A stretch of 63,940 nucleotides of DNA, the filler included, from Octopus bimaculoides (lineage: Eukaryota), in NCBI RefSeq assembly GCF_001194135.2. It is 4 parts of 4 records of this genome, joined end to end, with 100 filler letters (N's around TTAATTAATTAA, not from the genome) between each part and the next. Parts side by side here need not be neighbours in the genome. Positions count along the whole stretch, not along the records: positions 1 to 31,285 come from NC_068982.1; positions 31,386 to 44,440 come from NC_069004.1; 2 more parts are not named here. The stretch is one strand, 5' to 3'. The notes beneath the pieces were generated by a model. That model searched no databases and was not told where the DNA came from. It worked only from the letters and a program-made list of their open reading frames with translations. A program made the translations under genes and the position numbers. The stretch's first letter is position 1, and each line of letters begins with the position of its first letter. Shown in pieces: positions 26,086 through 38,203 of this stretch.

Positions 26086-28575
26086 ATAAAAAGTACCACT
26101 CCAGAGAAATGGATTGGCAGACTGTTCTGGCTCCTTTTGTTTTGACAACAATGCCGGCAACAAACCTGGTGCCAAGCAGTATCACTCCAAATTAACAGCC
26201 TTTCTCTTGAATAAATATCAATATTGAAAAGAGGTTAGACTTGCCTGCATGAGAAACTTCTAGTCTTTTTGAAAAAAATCTTGCCCAGGTCTGCACATGA
26301 ATAAACATATGCATGGTCAGCATTAACTGACCAAGGCTGAGGAAAGGCAATATCCATAATGACTATTTTCAGGACCTCCAAGATTTGTTGGAAGGAGTAA
26401 GGAAGTTATTCTTAGACTGAAGACCTGGCCTGAATGTTTGCAACAGAGGAGATTCAACAAAAAGCACCCAACAGGCAATTAGTGTTAAACTGGATGTCAG
26501 GTTATGTTAACCACCCAATACTAAGTAATATCCAGCATTATGTAGATACATATATTTTAGTAATTTGGTGTTTGTAGCATTGGCTTTGATTGTTCAATAA
26601 AACAGTTTTTTCCTACTAATATCCCTATACATTCTTTGTGAGTCAGAAATAACAACACAATGTTTAATTTTGTACTTCGCCTTAGTATTTTAGTATCCAT
26701 GTTAAGGTACCAGTGAAAGATAGCAATTGTTGTTGTTATTGTGGTTTATCCAATGTCCATTCTAGTTGGGGTGATCTATAGTCAAAGGAATTTAAGCTAT
26801 GACCATTTTTAGGCATATGTAGGATTGCATTATTCAGGCATATCTTGTTTCTATATAAGAGACTAGGGTGTGGTTTGAGAGAGATAAGGAGCTGTTTTTA
26901 ACAGACCAAGTAACATGTATAGACTCCCTCATTGGCCTATGTGAAAAACAGTATATTTTAAGAAGGAAAAGAAAAGCTCGGATTGGAGCATAAGGTATTT
27001 CCCTTTATAATTCTTAGAATACTTGTTTAATGTATAGCTGTAAAAGTGTAAAGCTGTAACTGTGTTTTTTTTTTAATTTTATATTATGAGGATGGTTTGT
27101 GGTGAAGGTAGATGGAACAGAGTTGGTGACATATTAACAAGTTTAGCCCTTAGAAAATATTATTGGTTTAATGTGTTTTAGTGCCTGCATGAAGAGATTA
27201 GTTCCCTATATACTAATCAAATTGCATAAAAACAATGAGCACTTAGAGAGAAACAAATAGACATACAACCTTTACTCAAATACTTTTGTGAACATCAAAG
27301 CATGAGAAGCAATTTTCTATATTAACAGAGCCATGATATGCCTGACTAATAACTCCTACCTTACAAATGAAAACAAAAAAATGCCCTAAATAACAACATG
27401 TAAAGAAATGTCTGACTTAAACTTACTACCTTCCTATATTACTAGGAGCTTAAATACTGGACTATGTACTTTTGACCTTTGCACTGTTAAAACAAAAGGC
27501 TTAAATCCAATAATGCCTAAAGCAACAAATATACTGTCACACCTTGTGCTTACCTAATAAAAGACACACACCTACATACTTGTTTACAAAGTTCTGCATA
27601 CATGAATAAATTCTAAAACCAATCATAAAAACCTAATTACCACCCCCATTGAAACCCAAGGTAGATTTTAACTTAACAGAGACTATATAAAACTAAATAA
27701 AGGCAAGATATATATGTATATGTATATATATATCTTGCCTTTATTTAGTTTTATATAGTCTCTGTTNNNNNNNNNNNNNNNNNNNNNNNNNNNNNNNNNN
27801 NNNNNNNNNNNNNNNNNNNNNNNNNNNNNNNNNNNNNNNNNNNNNNNNNNNNNNNNNNNNNNNNNNNNNNNNNNNNNNNNNNNNNNNNNNNNNNNNNNNN
27901 NNNNNNNNNNNNNNNNNNNNNNNNNNNNNNNNNNNNNNNNNNNNNNNNNNNNNNNNNNNNNNNNNNNNNNNNNNNNNNNNNNNNNNNNNNNNNNNNNNNN
28001 NNNNNNNNNNNNNNNNNNNNNNNNNNNNNNNNNNNNNNNNNNNNNNNNNNNNNNNNNNNNNNNNNNNNNNNNNNNNNNNNNNNNNNNNNNNNNNNNNNNN
28101 NNNNNNNNNNNNNNNNNNNNNNNNNNNNNNNNNNNNNNNNNNNNNNNNNNNNNNNNNNNNNNNNNNNNNNNNNNNNNNNNNNNNNNNNNNNNNNNNNNNN
28201 NNNNNNNNNNNNNNNNNNNNNNNNNNNNNNNNNNNNNNNNNNNNNNNNNNNNNNNNNNNNNNNNNNNNNNNNNNNNNNNNNNNNNNNNNNNNNNNNNNNN
28301 NNNNNNNNNNNNNNNNNNNNNNNNNNNNNNNNNNNNNNNNNNNNNNNNNNNNNNNNNNNNNNNNNNNNNNNNNNNNNNNNNNNNNNNNNNNNNNNNNNNN
28401 NNNNNNNNNNNNNNNNNNNNNNNNNNNNNNNNNNNNNNNNNNNNNNNNNNNNNNNNNNNNNNNNNNNNNNNNNNNNNNNNNNNNNNNNNNNNNNNNNNNN
28501 NNNNNNNNNNNNNNNNNNNNNNNNNNNNNNNNNNNNNNNNNNNNNNNNNNNNNNNNNNNNNNNNNNNNNNNNNNN

Positions 28576-29130
28576 CATTAGGAAGGGCATCCAGCTGTAG
28601 AAACTCTGCCAGATCAGATTGGAGCCTGGTGCAGCCTTCTGGCTTGCCAGTCCTCAGTCAAATCGTCCAACCCATGCTAGCATAGAAAGCGGACGTTAAA
28701 CGATGATGGTGATGATGATGATATAAATATATATATATTTATATCATCATCATCACCATCATCGTTTAACGTCCGCTTTCTATGCTAGCATGGGTTGGAC
28801 GATTTGACTGAGGACTGGCAAGCCAGAAGGCTGCACCAGGCTCCAATCTGATCTGGCAGAGTTTCTACAGCTGGATGCCCTTCCTAATGCCAACCACTCC
28901 GAGAGTGTAGTGGGTGCTTTTACGTGCCACCGGCACGAGGGTCAGTCACACGGTACTGGCAATGGCCACGCTCAAAAAGGTGTTTTTGATATGCCACCTG
29001 CATGGGAGCCAGTCCAGTGGCACTGGCAATGACCTCGCTCAAATGATTTTCTAATGTGCTACCAGCACAAGTGCTAGAAGGCAATGCTGGTAACGATTAC
29101 ACTCAAATGGTGCTATTTAAGGGCCAGTAG
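28576..29130 (-). mobile_element. RTE LINE 3' end with a mirror-image duplication at the gap edge
   Basis: 28576-28889 is a perfect palindrome; the minus-strand copy continues to about 29130. Confidence 0.8.
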
Positions 29131-29632
29131 CATGACATACACACATACACACACACATATATATATAATATGTGTGCATTAATAACAATTTAAGGGTGAT
29201 CAAGTCAACACATCCAATCCAGTTATGTTAGATGTGCTAATTATTATTCATTACAAATACTGCTGCTGTCACTAATAACTAATTTATTAATAGCCTCCCA
29301 GCTTTTTGCAATATCACTGGCTGTTTGGTCATTATCATACTATATCAGTTTGACTGATTTTCCATCTAGCATTCAGTGCAAAGCTGATCTGTCACTGAAG
29401 ATCCACAGTAAATGGTGAATTCACGTGATACAGTTGTGCCATCCACCACTGCAGACGTTAATTTCATCAGCTGATATAGTTAGTGCTTAAGAGCATGTGT
29501 TGTCAACATGAGGTTGTATCTCTGGACATTAATAGCAGCTTAAAGGTGATATAGTTGACACATCCAGTTATGTTGGATGTGCTAATTATTATCTATTACA
29601 ATTACTGCTTCTGTTGCTAATAGCTAATTGGT

Positions 29633-29893
29633 ATACAGGATGTGTCAGTTTTTTTGAGGTCATTTGTATGAATTTAGACAAAGACATGTAGCACATCAAA
29701 GTAAAGCTGTATTTGAAAACAAATTGGCACAAATAATCTAGAGAATCCGTTTATCCCACCTTTTCAACATCAATGGCTGCTTCAATATGGATATAGAAGA
29801 GCTGACATGTCCGAATCGAATGATCTATATCAATTTTGGACATAGTGCTGGTTATGGCAGACTTCAGAGATTGTTTGGTGTTATGAGGGTCTT

Positions 29894-29942
<49 letters not shown>

Positions 29943-31026
29943 TACACCTCCATATGTAAGAGTCTAGTAGACTGAGGTCTGATGAGCTAGGAAGCCATGT
30001 GTCTCTAAATATTTCTCTGACAAAGTGTCTCTGAAAAATGAGTACACACATTGAATGATTAAAAAGTAAGTGTTTATTAAAGATTTGATAGAATCTACAG
30101 ACAGAATTTAATTTTTTTTATTAATGCCTGTTTTTAAACAGATGACTTTTCTGGTTCAGACACTACTGAGAATGAGAAGTCTTAGAACTGTAAACATCAA
30201 GAAACATTTTGTTCCCTATTTCAGCGCATTCTTATTCAATAGCTGCCCTCAATTCATCAACCTGTGCTAGTTTTGCATTTTAAACTTTATATTTTACATA
30301 TCCCCTTACAAAAGTGTTGTAGTGTGAGGTCTGATGAAAACAAAAGGTATTCTACTGAATGCCTTCATCCAATCTACCCTCTTTGGCAACATCTCACCAA
30401 GGACCAGTTCCACTACCATCAAATAGAATGGTCCAATTAATCATTTTGGTGATAAGCCATGCTGCACTGTACTCCTGATAAATTAACATGATGTTCCTCC
30501 ATATGTGGATTCTCAGGTTTCCAGTAGGTGCAATTTTGGGTTAAATGGACCTTTTAATTTAAATGTAGCCTCATCATCCCAAATAATCTTTGTGTCTCTT
30601 CTACACGTCTTATCAAGTACCTCAAGCAAAACTCTACTTTTTGGTCTGAATCATTTTCATTGAGAGCATGAATTATTCTTCGAATGTAAGTTTTTATATG
30701 ACAGCACAATAGAATGTAATGGATACTTGATTTTGAAATTCCTATCTCAAAACTTGCTTACTGTACAGATTTTCTTGAGTTCTGATAGTATCTTTCTAGC
30801 ATCTTTTCTTGCTTTGTGGAGCTCATCGATGTCTGCAGTCAACCAGATTGTTTCTTGTGGACATTCTGAACAATTCCATCTGCTTCAAATTTATCTCTAA
30901 TCATAGAAAGTCATGTTGGTGGATCTGCTTGAAACTCCCTCCTAAACTGTCTCTGCACCTTGATAGTGTTTTCAAACTTCCAGTAGATTTCCATTATTTT
31001 CAATGGGTTAAATCTAATGGGAACAC

Positions 31027-31030
<4 letters not shown>
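29633..31030 (-). mobile_element. Degraded Tc1/mariner-superfamily transposon (DUF4817-type N-terminal HTH)
   Basis: Minus-strand remnants VQRQFRREFQADPP..IRDKFEADG, KIIWDDEATFKL and LIGPFY; TACAGG(A)TGTGTC-like TIR at 29633. Confidence 0.7.
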
Positions 31031-31086
<56 letters not shown>

Positions 31087-31285
31087 ATAATATTAGGGAC
31101 AAAATCCAAAATTACAGGTAAAAAACTCAATTAAAATCAATTTATAAAAATTAAAATTAAATTGAGCCTTATAGATAAAGTATATATAAAATATATAGTT
31201 TTAGGGAAAATAACCAATTTTCAAGAACTCATCGATGAAAATCCACTATCACATATAGAAAAATTAATAATTAAAAGCACAATAA

Positions 31286-31385
31286 NNNNNNNNNNNNNNN
31301 NNNNNNNNNNNNNNNNNNNNNNNNNNNNNTTAATTAATTAANNNNNNNNNNNNNNNNNNNNNNNNNNNNNNNNNNNNNNNNNNNN
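31286..31385. other. Artificial scaffold-join spacer
   Basis: 44 N + TTAATTAATTAA + 44 N = 100 bp; the 12-mer has stops in all six frames. Confidence 0.95.
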
Positions 31386-31417
<32 letters not shown>

Positions 31418-31971
31418 CATAGTTCAAATTTACAGGAAACATGAGTCGTCGAAGAGAGGTGAGGGAACAACAAGCAGGTGTATTAGTTTGACGTTCGGAA
31501 AGAATAGAAATATATATTCTTCAATTAGTTTTTGCTGTTATATTGGCGTAAAGAGTGAGATGAAATCTCCTTCATATGAAATAATATATTCATACGGAGT
31601 TTCTTTCTATCTAGCAACGTACAACATGATCTGCCTTTTCGTTTGTCGCAGTTTTGGAAGCTCAAACCACTTTTCTATCAGTGTATCAGTTTGTCTCACA
31701 TCCTAACCCCATGCCTTCACCTCCCCACCACACACATGCGCGCACAGTTTCTTGAATATTTGTATATCTGTTGTCTCAAACTTCTGCTATCTAGCACCTT
31801 CGGATGACCTCTATTCAACCGCTACACAACTGCTACTCGACTGCTACTCAACACTCCTACCACGGCCAGACTACCTCTATTTATATGTTTTGGGAAATCC
31901 TACTTCTTCGCCTGGGGGCGTCGACACAACAATATCTTACTGTCTATTGCCTGTTTATCGTGAATATATGC

Positions 31972-32052
<81 letters not shown>

Positions 32053-32292
32053 TGTGTGTGTGTGTGTGTGTGGTTTGTGTGTGTGCGTGCATATTTATAT
32101 ATATATAGATATATGTTTAAAATACTTGATATATATTCACATATATATATCTTTAAATGTATATTCTGTCTCTCTCGCTCTCTTTCACTTTCTCTCTCTC
32201 TCTCTCTTTCTTTCTATTTTATGTGTAGGTGTATTTAAATACTTTCTTAAGTGCACACACGCACATAGAGACAGGCAGACAGACAAACAAAC

Positions 32293-32293
<1 letters not shown>

Positions 32294-32360
<67 letters not shown>
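32294..32360. repeat. (GATA)n microsatellite
   Basis: Direct inspection. Confidence 0.95.
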
Positions 32361-32361
<1 letters not shown>

Positions 32362-33089
32362 TCTCGTATGCTCTTCCAACAACGCTAACAAACTTCCTGT
32401 CTATTTCATGCGTACCCACAGTCAACTATTACATTGGTTTAACACGTATGAACATTCAAAATGCGTTGTATTCACAACACAAACAGTTTTCCTTCACGTG
32501 CTATACAGCCACTTTCTCAAGGTTGACTTGGACTGTAAGTCTGAATCCCGCATATTCTGATATAGCAAAACTTTGTCTTTCGCAACAGCACAGAACCAAC
32601 GTTGAAATCAAAGTGAAATGTAAATGAAAATGTAAATTGTTTATTCCGTCATAAGATATCTTTGTCTCAACCAATTCATGATTCATATATTTCTACTGAC
32701 TTAAGACTTCATATTTGTTCAAAAACTACAAGACAATCAGTTTTCAATAATTTGAACGTCGGTTATATCTTTCATTATATACATTATACGATCTGAAACT
32801 ATATAACCTTCATACATGAAACATATGTATACCACATATGCATGATATTGCAATGCTCTGTTTTGTCACTCTCACTTCTCCTCATCCCTCTTTATACATC
32901 ACGCATCAGCTAATATCTCACATTTTACAAAACTAGCTTTAGGCCATCCATCCACACCATGCATCGTCCAGCTACGAGAAACCTTTGCTTCCGGTTTTAA
33001 GCTTTGTCATGAGTATGCTTCTAAACCAGTTCCATATCTAGCAGCCCTTATTTCCTAGTTGTTGACCTGATGGTATCCTGTAGTTGTAG

Positions 33090-33196
33090 GTTACTCAACC
33101 CGGCTCTTTCTATTACCAATATTTTCATGACCCTAAAGTAGCGTCTCTGCAACTTGCTTATGGTTCTCAAGAACCTTCAGTTATTTTCCCAAAGTT
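33090..33196 (+). CDS. Possible upstream exon of gene A (VTQPGSFYYQYFHDPKVASLQLAYGSQEPSVIFPK)
   Basis: Acceptor gttgtAG and strong donor GTAAGT; phase 0 to phase 2, compatible with the phase-2 exon at 36015. No homology support. Confidence 0.2.
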
Positions 33197-34092
33197 GTAA
33201 GTATAATTCAGCATCAGAGTGTGGTAAATGTATTTAGAGGGCGTCAAGTAAAACAAACAGTTCTTGAGATCATCAACTTTGACGGTTGAGGGGAAATCCA
33301 TTGAAACAGAAAATGAATAACAAAGTTACTTCAAACAAGTATGATTGTTTGATTGTATTTCTTTCATTATAATTATTCATACATAGAAATATATACATAC
33401 TCCTATACACATAAGTACATTTAAAATTTACAAACTTACGGAAACTTATACACGTATATATATAAATAAAACAAATCCAGTGGTCTGTATGGTATGCCTA
33501 CAAGAAATGAAAACTGCAATTTTGTTTTTTTTTGTTGTTTTTTTTGTTAATAAAAGATATTTAGCAAATAACATTTTGTATTTCTCATATGTGCATAATC
33601 TGCACGGTTTCCCATCATGAAGTCAAGCTACTGATGTGATCTTCAGCTAGTATGCTAAAGTGTGCATAAGTGAAATTAGCTATACACAAATGAAATTATC
33701 TATCACATGTTTCCTGAACATGATATCGTCGGTAGATTTTTGAACTATTTTCTCTAAACAAAAGTTTCAGTTAACCTATATATTTTTAAAGAATGGTTAA
33801 TATGTTCTCCGTGAGCTGTTAGCGCATTTACAATTGAAAGGCGCCTTAGCCTCGCAATGCTGTGGGCCACTATTTCGAGAATTGATTACTTTTGAAGACG
33901 GTATTGTTTGTGCCAGATCGAGTGTGGTGGAGTACAACATTTTCGTCCTACATCTATTAAAAATATATTTGCTCTTCTAGGAGAAAACCGATGACAAAAT
34001 TGCAGCTTATATTGTTCACGTGAATTCTTCGGAGTTCGTAGTCAACAATCAGCATTTAATGTGTTTTATAAAATCAATAATGCAAGATGAAC

Positions 34093-34155
<63 letters not shown>

Positions 34156-34240
34156 TTACATATACGTATNNNNNNNNNNNNNNNNNNNNNNNNNNNNNNN
34201 NNNNNNNNNNNNNNNNNNNNNNNNNNNNNNNNNNNNNNNN

Positions 34241-34298
<58 letters not shown>

Positions 34299-34789
34299 TG
34301 TATGTATGTATGTATGTATGTATGTATGTATGTATATAAGAACCGAGTTCAAAATAATGGTCAATATATATAATTCTTTCAATAGAGTTAATTTGGTTTA
34401 CAGTTGTTTCCAGTTGTCATTATAGCTACAGTAGTAATAGGTTTACTTAAGTGAGTAAACCTATCAGTAATGTACCTATAATGACCACTGGAAGTAGCAG
34501 TAAGCTAAATTTGCACTATTAAAGGAATTATGAGTAATGGCAACAATTTAAACTTGTTTCATATATATCACTCTGAAAAGCCAGTTTGTCTGGAGCCCCC
34601 CACCCCCGGATTTACAATATAGAAATTTTTGATGAACCATAACTGGAGACCCTACCAAAAGATTACTTGGCGGTCTTCACTAATCTAAGTAATATTGTTA
34701 GCCTGGTGTGCCAACAGAGTGCTTATGAAGTATTTTTATCCCGGATTGATAATCGCTTGTTATTTTTTTACACAATCACACACACACAT

Positions 34790-34845
<56 letters not shown>

Positions 34846-36014
34846 ACACTCTCTTTACTCTTTTACTCTTTNNNNNNNNNNNNNNNNNNNNNNNNNNNNN
34901 NNNNNNNNNNNNNNNNNNNNNNNNNNNNNNNNNNNNNNNNNNNNNNNNNNNNNNNNNNNNNNNNNNNNNNNNNNNNNNNNNNNNNNNNNNNNNNNNNNNN
35001 NNNNNNNNNNNNNNNNNNNNNNNNNNNNNNNNNNNNNNNNNNNNNNNNNNNNNNNNNNNNNNNNNNNNNNNNNNNNNNNNNNNNNNNNNNNNNNNNNNNN
35101 NNNNNNNNNNNNNNNNNNNNNNNNNNNNNNNNNNNNNNNNNNNNNNNNNNNNNNNNNNNNNNNNNNNNNNNNNNNNNNNNNNNNNNNNNNNNNNNNNNNN
35201 NNNNNNNNNNNNNNNNNNNNNNNNNNNNNNNNNNNNNNNNNNNNNNNNNNNNNNNNNNNNNNNNNNNNNNNNNNNNNNNNNNNNNNNNNNNNNNNNNNNN
35301 NNNNNNNNNNNNNNNNNNNNNNNNNNNNNNNNNNNNNNNNNNNNNNNNNNNNNNNNNNNNNNNNNNNNNNNNNNNNNNNNNNNNNNNNNNNNNNNNNNNN
35401 NNNNNNNNNNNNNNNNNNNNNNNNNNNNNNNNNNNNNNNNNNNNNNNNNNNNNNNNNNNNNNNNNNNNNNNNNNNNNNNNNNNNNNNNNNNNNNNNNNNN
35501 NNNNNNNNNNNNNNNNNNNNNNNNNNNNNNNNNNNNNNNNNNNNNNNNNNNNNNNNNNNNNNNNNNNNNNNNNNNNNNNNNNNNNNNNNNNNNNNNNNNN
35601 NNNNNNNNNNNNNNNNNNNNNNNNNNNNNNNNNNNNNNNNNNNNNNNNNNNNNNNNNNNNNNNNNNNNNNNNNNNNNNNNNNNNNNNNNNNNNNNNNNNN
35701 NNNNNNNNNNNNNNNNNNNNNNNNNNNNNNNNNNNNNNNNNNNNNNNNNNNNNNNNNNNNNNNNNNNNNNNNNNNNNNNNNNNNNNNNNNNNNNATATAT
35801 ACGTGTGTGTGTACGTACGCACCCAAATCTCGTTTCTCTCAATCGATCTCTATACATTTATCTACCTATCCATCTATATCATCTGTGCATCCACTACATA
35901 TCCATCTATTTATATCTCTCTTACCCGTCCGACTTTTTATTATATGTCGACCAGTTGCTAATCTCTTTGACTACATATCTAACTCACAACCTCTCGGGAA
36001 TTTCTTTCCATCAG

Positions 36015-36330
36015 ATCTGCATCAAACAACCAGAGTGCAGCTTGCTGTGAAATCACTAGTTATCATAGCGAACTTTTAAGTGCTTCTACACGGACTGGTC
36101 AGAGTGTGACAATTCATAAAACAAATGACTTAGTACAACGAATGTTCATAAAGTATTGTAGCGCGGTATCTGTGAATAAGGCCTGCAAATACATAAGAAA
36201 TGGCCTGTCGTCCAAGTGTGTACAACTACACATACAGCAACATGCTATCGTAAAGCTAAGTGGTGATCCAAAGATGTACTATACATTCATTGAAGTTCCA
36301 TCAGGCTGTGACTGCCAAGTAGTCCAATGA
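36015..36330 (+). CDS. Terminal coding exon of a secreted Spaetzle/neurotrophin-like cystine-knot protein (copy A, intact)
   Basis: Acceptor tttctttccatcAG ends at 36014. After a phase-2 base the frame is open for 104 aa: SASNNQSAACCEITSYHSELLSASTRTGQSVTIHKTNDLVQRMFIKYCSAVSVNKACKYIRNGLSSKCVQLHIQQHAIVKLSGDPKMYYTFIEVPSGCDCQVVQ*. Cys spacing is CC-x36-C-x8-C-x10-C-x29-CxC. The A..G..V.I..Q..C..C..S.C.Q..F..VPSGCxC pattern matches the Spaetzle/NGF-type knot. A paralogous exon lies at 40762 and AATAAA follows at 36383. Confidence 0.85.
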
Positions 36331-36382
36331 ATTTTTATCTTTAACTGCAGTTATACTATTGTCGAACACGTTTATAAATTAC

Positions 36383-36388
36383 AATAAA
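36383..36388 (+). terminator. Probable polyadenylation signal of cystine-knot gene A
   Basis: AATAAA 53 nt after the stop codon; conserved in the paralog at 41123-41128. Confidence 0.5.
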
Positions 36389-36574
36389 ATATATCAAATT
36401 TCTGCCATTTCGTTTTATAGTAAATGTACTTGATTTATTGTCTGTTATGTATTCATTTAGTTATTTTACATTTTTGATTTATGCGACTGCTTCGGCTATC
36501 AATGACCTCTAATTTTTCAACGGTGTGTCTCTGCCAGCACATATTTGAGTGTGATACACACACACGCGTGCGCT

Positions 36575-36606
<32 letters not shown>

Positions 36607-37448
36607 AACAAACATACATACACACAAACGCATATACACACACGCACACAGGTTATCAAGTAAGATTATGACGTTTACATCTTTTAACAAGATGGCTGAG
36701 ATATTACATGAGTATGGCTAATAACAACGAAGGAAGTAATAAGCTGTGTCCATAATCACTTCCAGCTGTTTCGAGAATAGATGCGCAAATGAAGCGTTTT
36801 ACGCAAAACAAACGGTGGCTAGCAATATAGCACTGATCTGTTTCATTATCTGAGGTAGAATGTCATATAACAACAATATATTCCATCGTTGGAGGGAGAA
36901 TGAGAGAGCCGTAGTAGATAACATTGGCTTGCAGCTAATCGGCTGAATAGAAGATTTAAATAATAAGAGGCAGAGAAAATGTGGTCATTCTAAAAGGAGG
37001 ATAGATAGAAACTAACAATCATATCAATAGATAGAGATATACTCATTTCAAATGTGGTTATTCCCCTCTATATAAAGAGGGGAAAGCCAGTGTCACTATG
37101 GGAAAGGTGAGAGGATACTAATTGATCTGGTGAGAAGAAAGTCATGTCTAAATGGCGAGGGCCAATGAGCCAAAAATAGCAGAGTAATCAATTATCAAGG
37201 TTGATGAATAACACATATCAACCATCTACATCAGTTTGATATAGCGTTTAGCGCGATCTGGTGTCACAGATATTTTATGTCGTTGAAACATTTTAGACGT
37301 TCAATGGACTACATTTAGAGTTGTAATATAAGTTAAATAGGTATAAGAGTAAGTCTATTCTATGTGGATCAGACTTGTGCTAAAAGATTCAAATTCCTGC
37401 GATTATATTTGTTATAAAGTCGGAGTGTTGTAAATCATCCATGGACAC

Positions 37449-37453
37449 ATGTG
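37449..37453 (+). CDS. Candidate first coding micro-exon (ATG TG|gtaaac) of gene B
   Basis: Phase-2 donor that joins 37847 to give M-W-I-P-G. A TATAAA lies at 37413-37418. The splice is inferred only. Confidence 0.3.
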
Positions 37454-37846
37454 GTAAACCCTTCATTTTGTCTGTTAAATTAGTGTAGAGGATTATGTAA
37501 AAAGATTTGTTTACAACCTTTTAAGCATAAACACCATGGGACATTTTCGCCCTGCTATGGAACATCGGAGTATACGATATCCCCAGTAATATTATATGAG
37601 ACACTGGCTTTTTTAAAGGTTAAGAGTGCAGTTACCTAGTGAGGTACATTTATTGTACTTATAAGATATAAAGGAGCTGAGGTGAACTAAATACCGGTAA
37701 TTAAAATTAACTGTGGGTCCAATATGAATATTGATTAAATTTTGTTGTATGTTAAGGATGCTACACTCCTAAACATTAAATCTTGTGCATTTGCCTTGTA
37801 ATGGACACTTATTACGTATTTTACAGTTGCAGCCTTTCTTTTTTAG

Positions 37847-37898
37847 GATTCCTGGCATTGTGCTATTAGTGTTATTACTAGGATATCTAGCTTCTCAA
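37847..37898 (+). CDS. Candidate signal-peptide exon of gene B (IPGIVLLVLLLGYLASQ)
   Basis: Acceptor tttcttttttAG and donor GTAATG, running phase 2 to phase 0; encodes a hydrophobic core typical of a signal peptide. Confidence 0.5.
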
Positions 37899-38053
37899 GT
37901 AATGTCTATTTCGAGAGAGACATTACTAATGAGGTATCTAACAAGGATAAGGCTTTATTTACGAAGATAAGAGAAATAGAGGCATAGTTATGAAATAGAT
38001 ACATAGTATTGAAATTTCAGGATGAGATATTCTTGTTATTGAAATGAATCCAG

Positions 38054-38203
38054 GCTTTAAGACACTTGTACCAAACCAGAGGTAATGGGTCTAATCCTGC
38101 CCAGAATGATTCTACTAATCAAGTTGAGGGCAGATCTAGTAGGGATGATGATCCGAATCGATGGTTTAAAATTCAAATCCGATTTGTCATCCTTAAGTTT
38201 GAA
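38054..38203 (+). CDS. Candidate pro-domain exon of gene B (ALRHLYQTRGNGSNPAQNDSTNQVEGRSSRDDDPNR...)
   Basis: Phase-0 acceptor (atgaatccAG) compatible with the preceding exon. The frame is open and polar, with NGS/NDS sequons and an RSSR (RxxR) site. The 3' donor is ambiguous (near 38081, 38163 or 38203). Confidence 0.35.

Larger units (their letters stand above)
35800..37290 (+). repeat. Tandem segmental duplication, unit A
   Basis: Intron tail, exon, 3' UTR and about 900 bp of 3' flank align by eye with 40560-41975. Confidence 0.85.

Noticed and set aside
29205-29630. About 80-bp direct repeat flanking a faint mariner HTH-like fragment
   Set aside because: Too degraded to define termini or family with confidence.
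33799-34087. Frames ...ASQCCGPLFRELITFEDG and MKLSITCFLNMISS as further cystine-knot or signal exons
   Set aside because: No downstream Cys pattern, weak splice sites and no paralogous support.
36015-36330. IL-17 identity (octopus has a known IL-17-like tandem expansion)
   Set aside because: Lacks the RSxSPW and RxP motifs and the IL-17 Cys spacing; fits the Spaetzle/neurotrophin pattern better.
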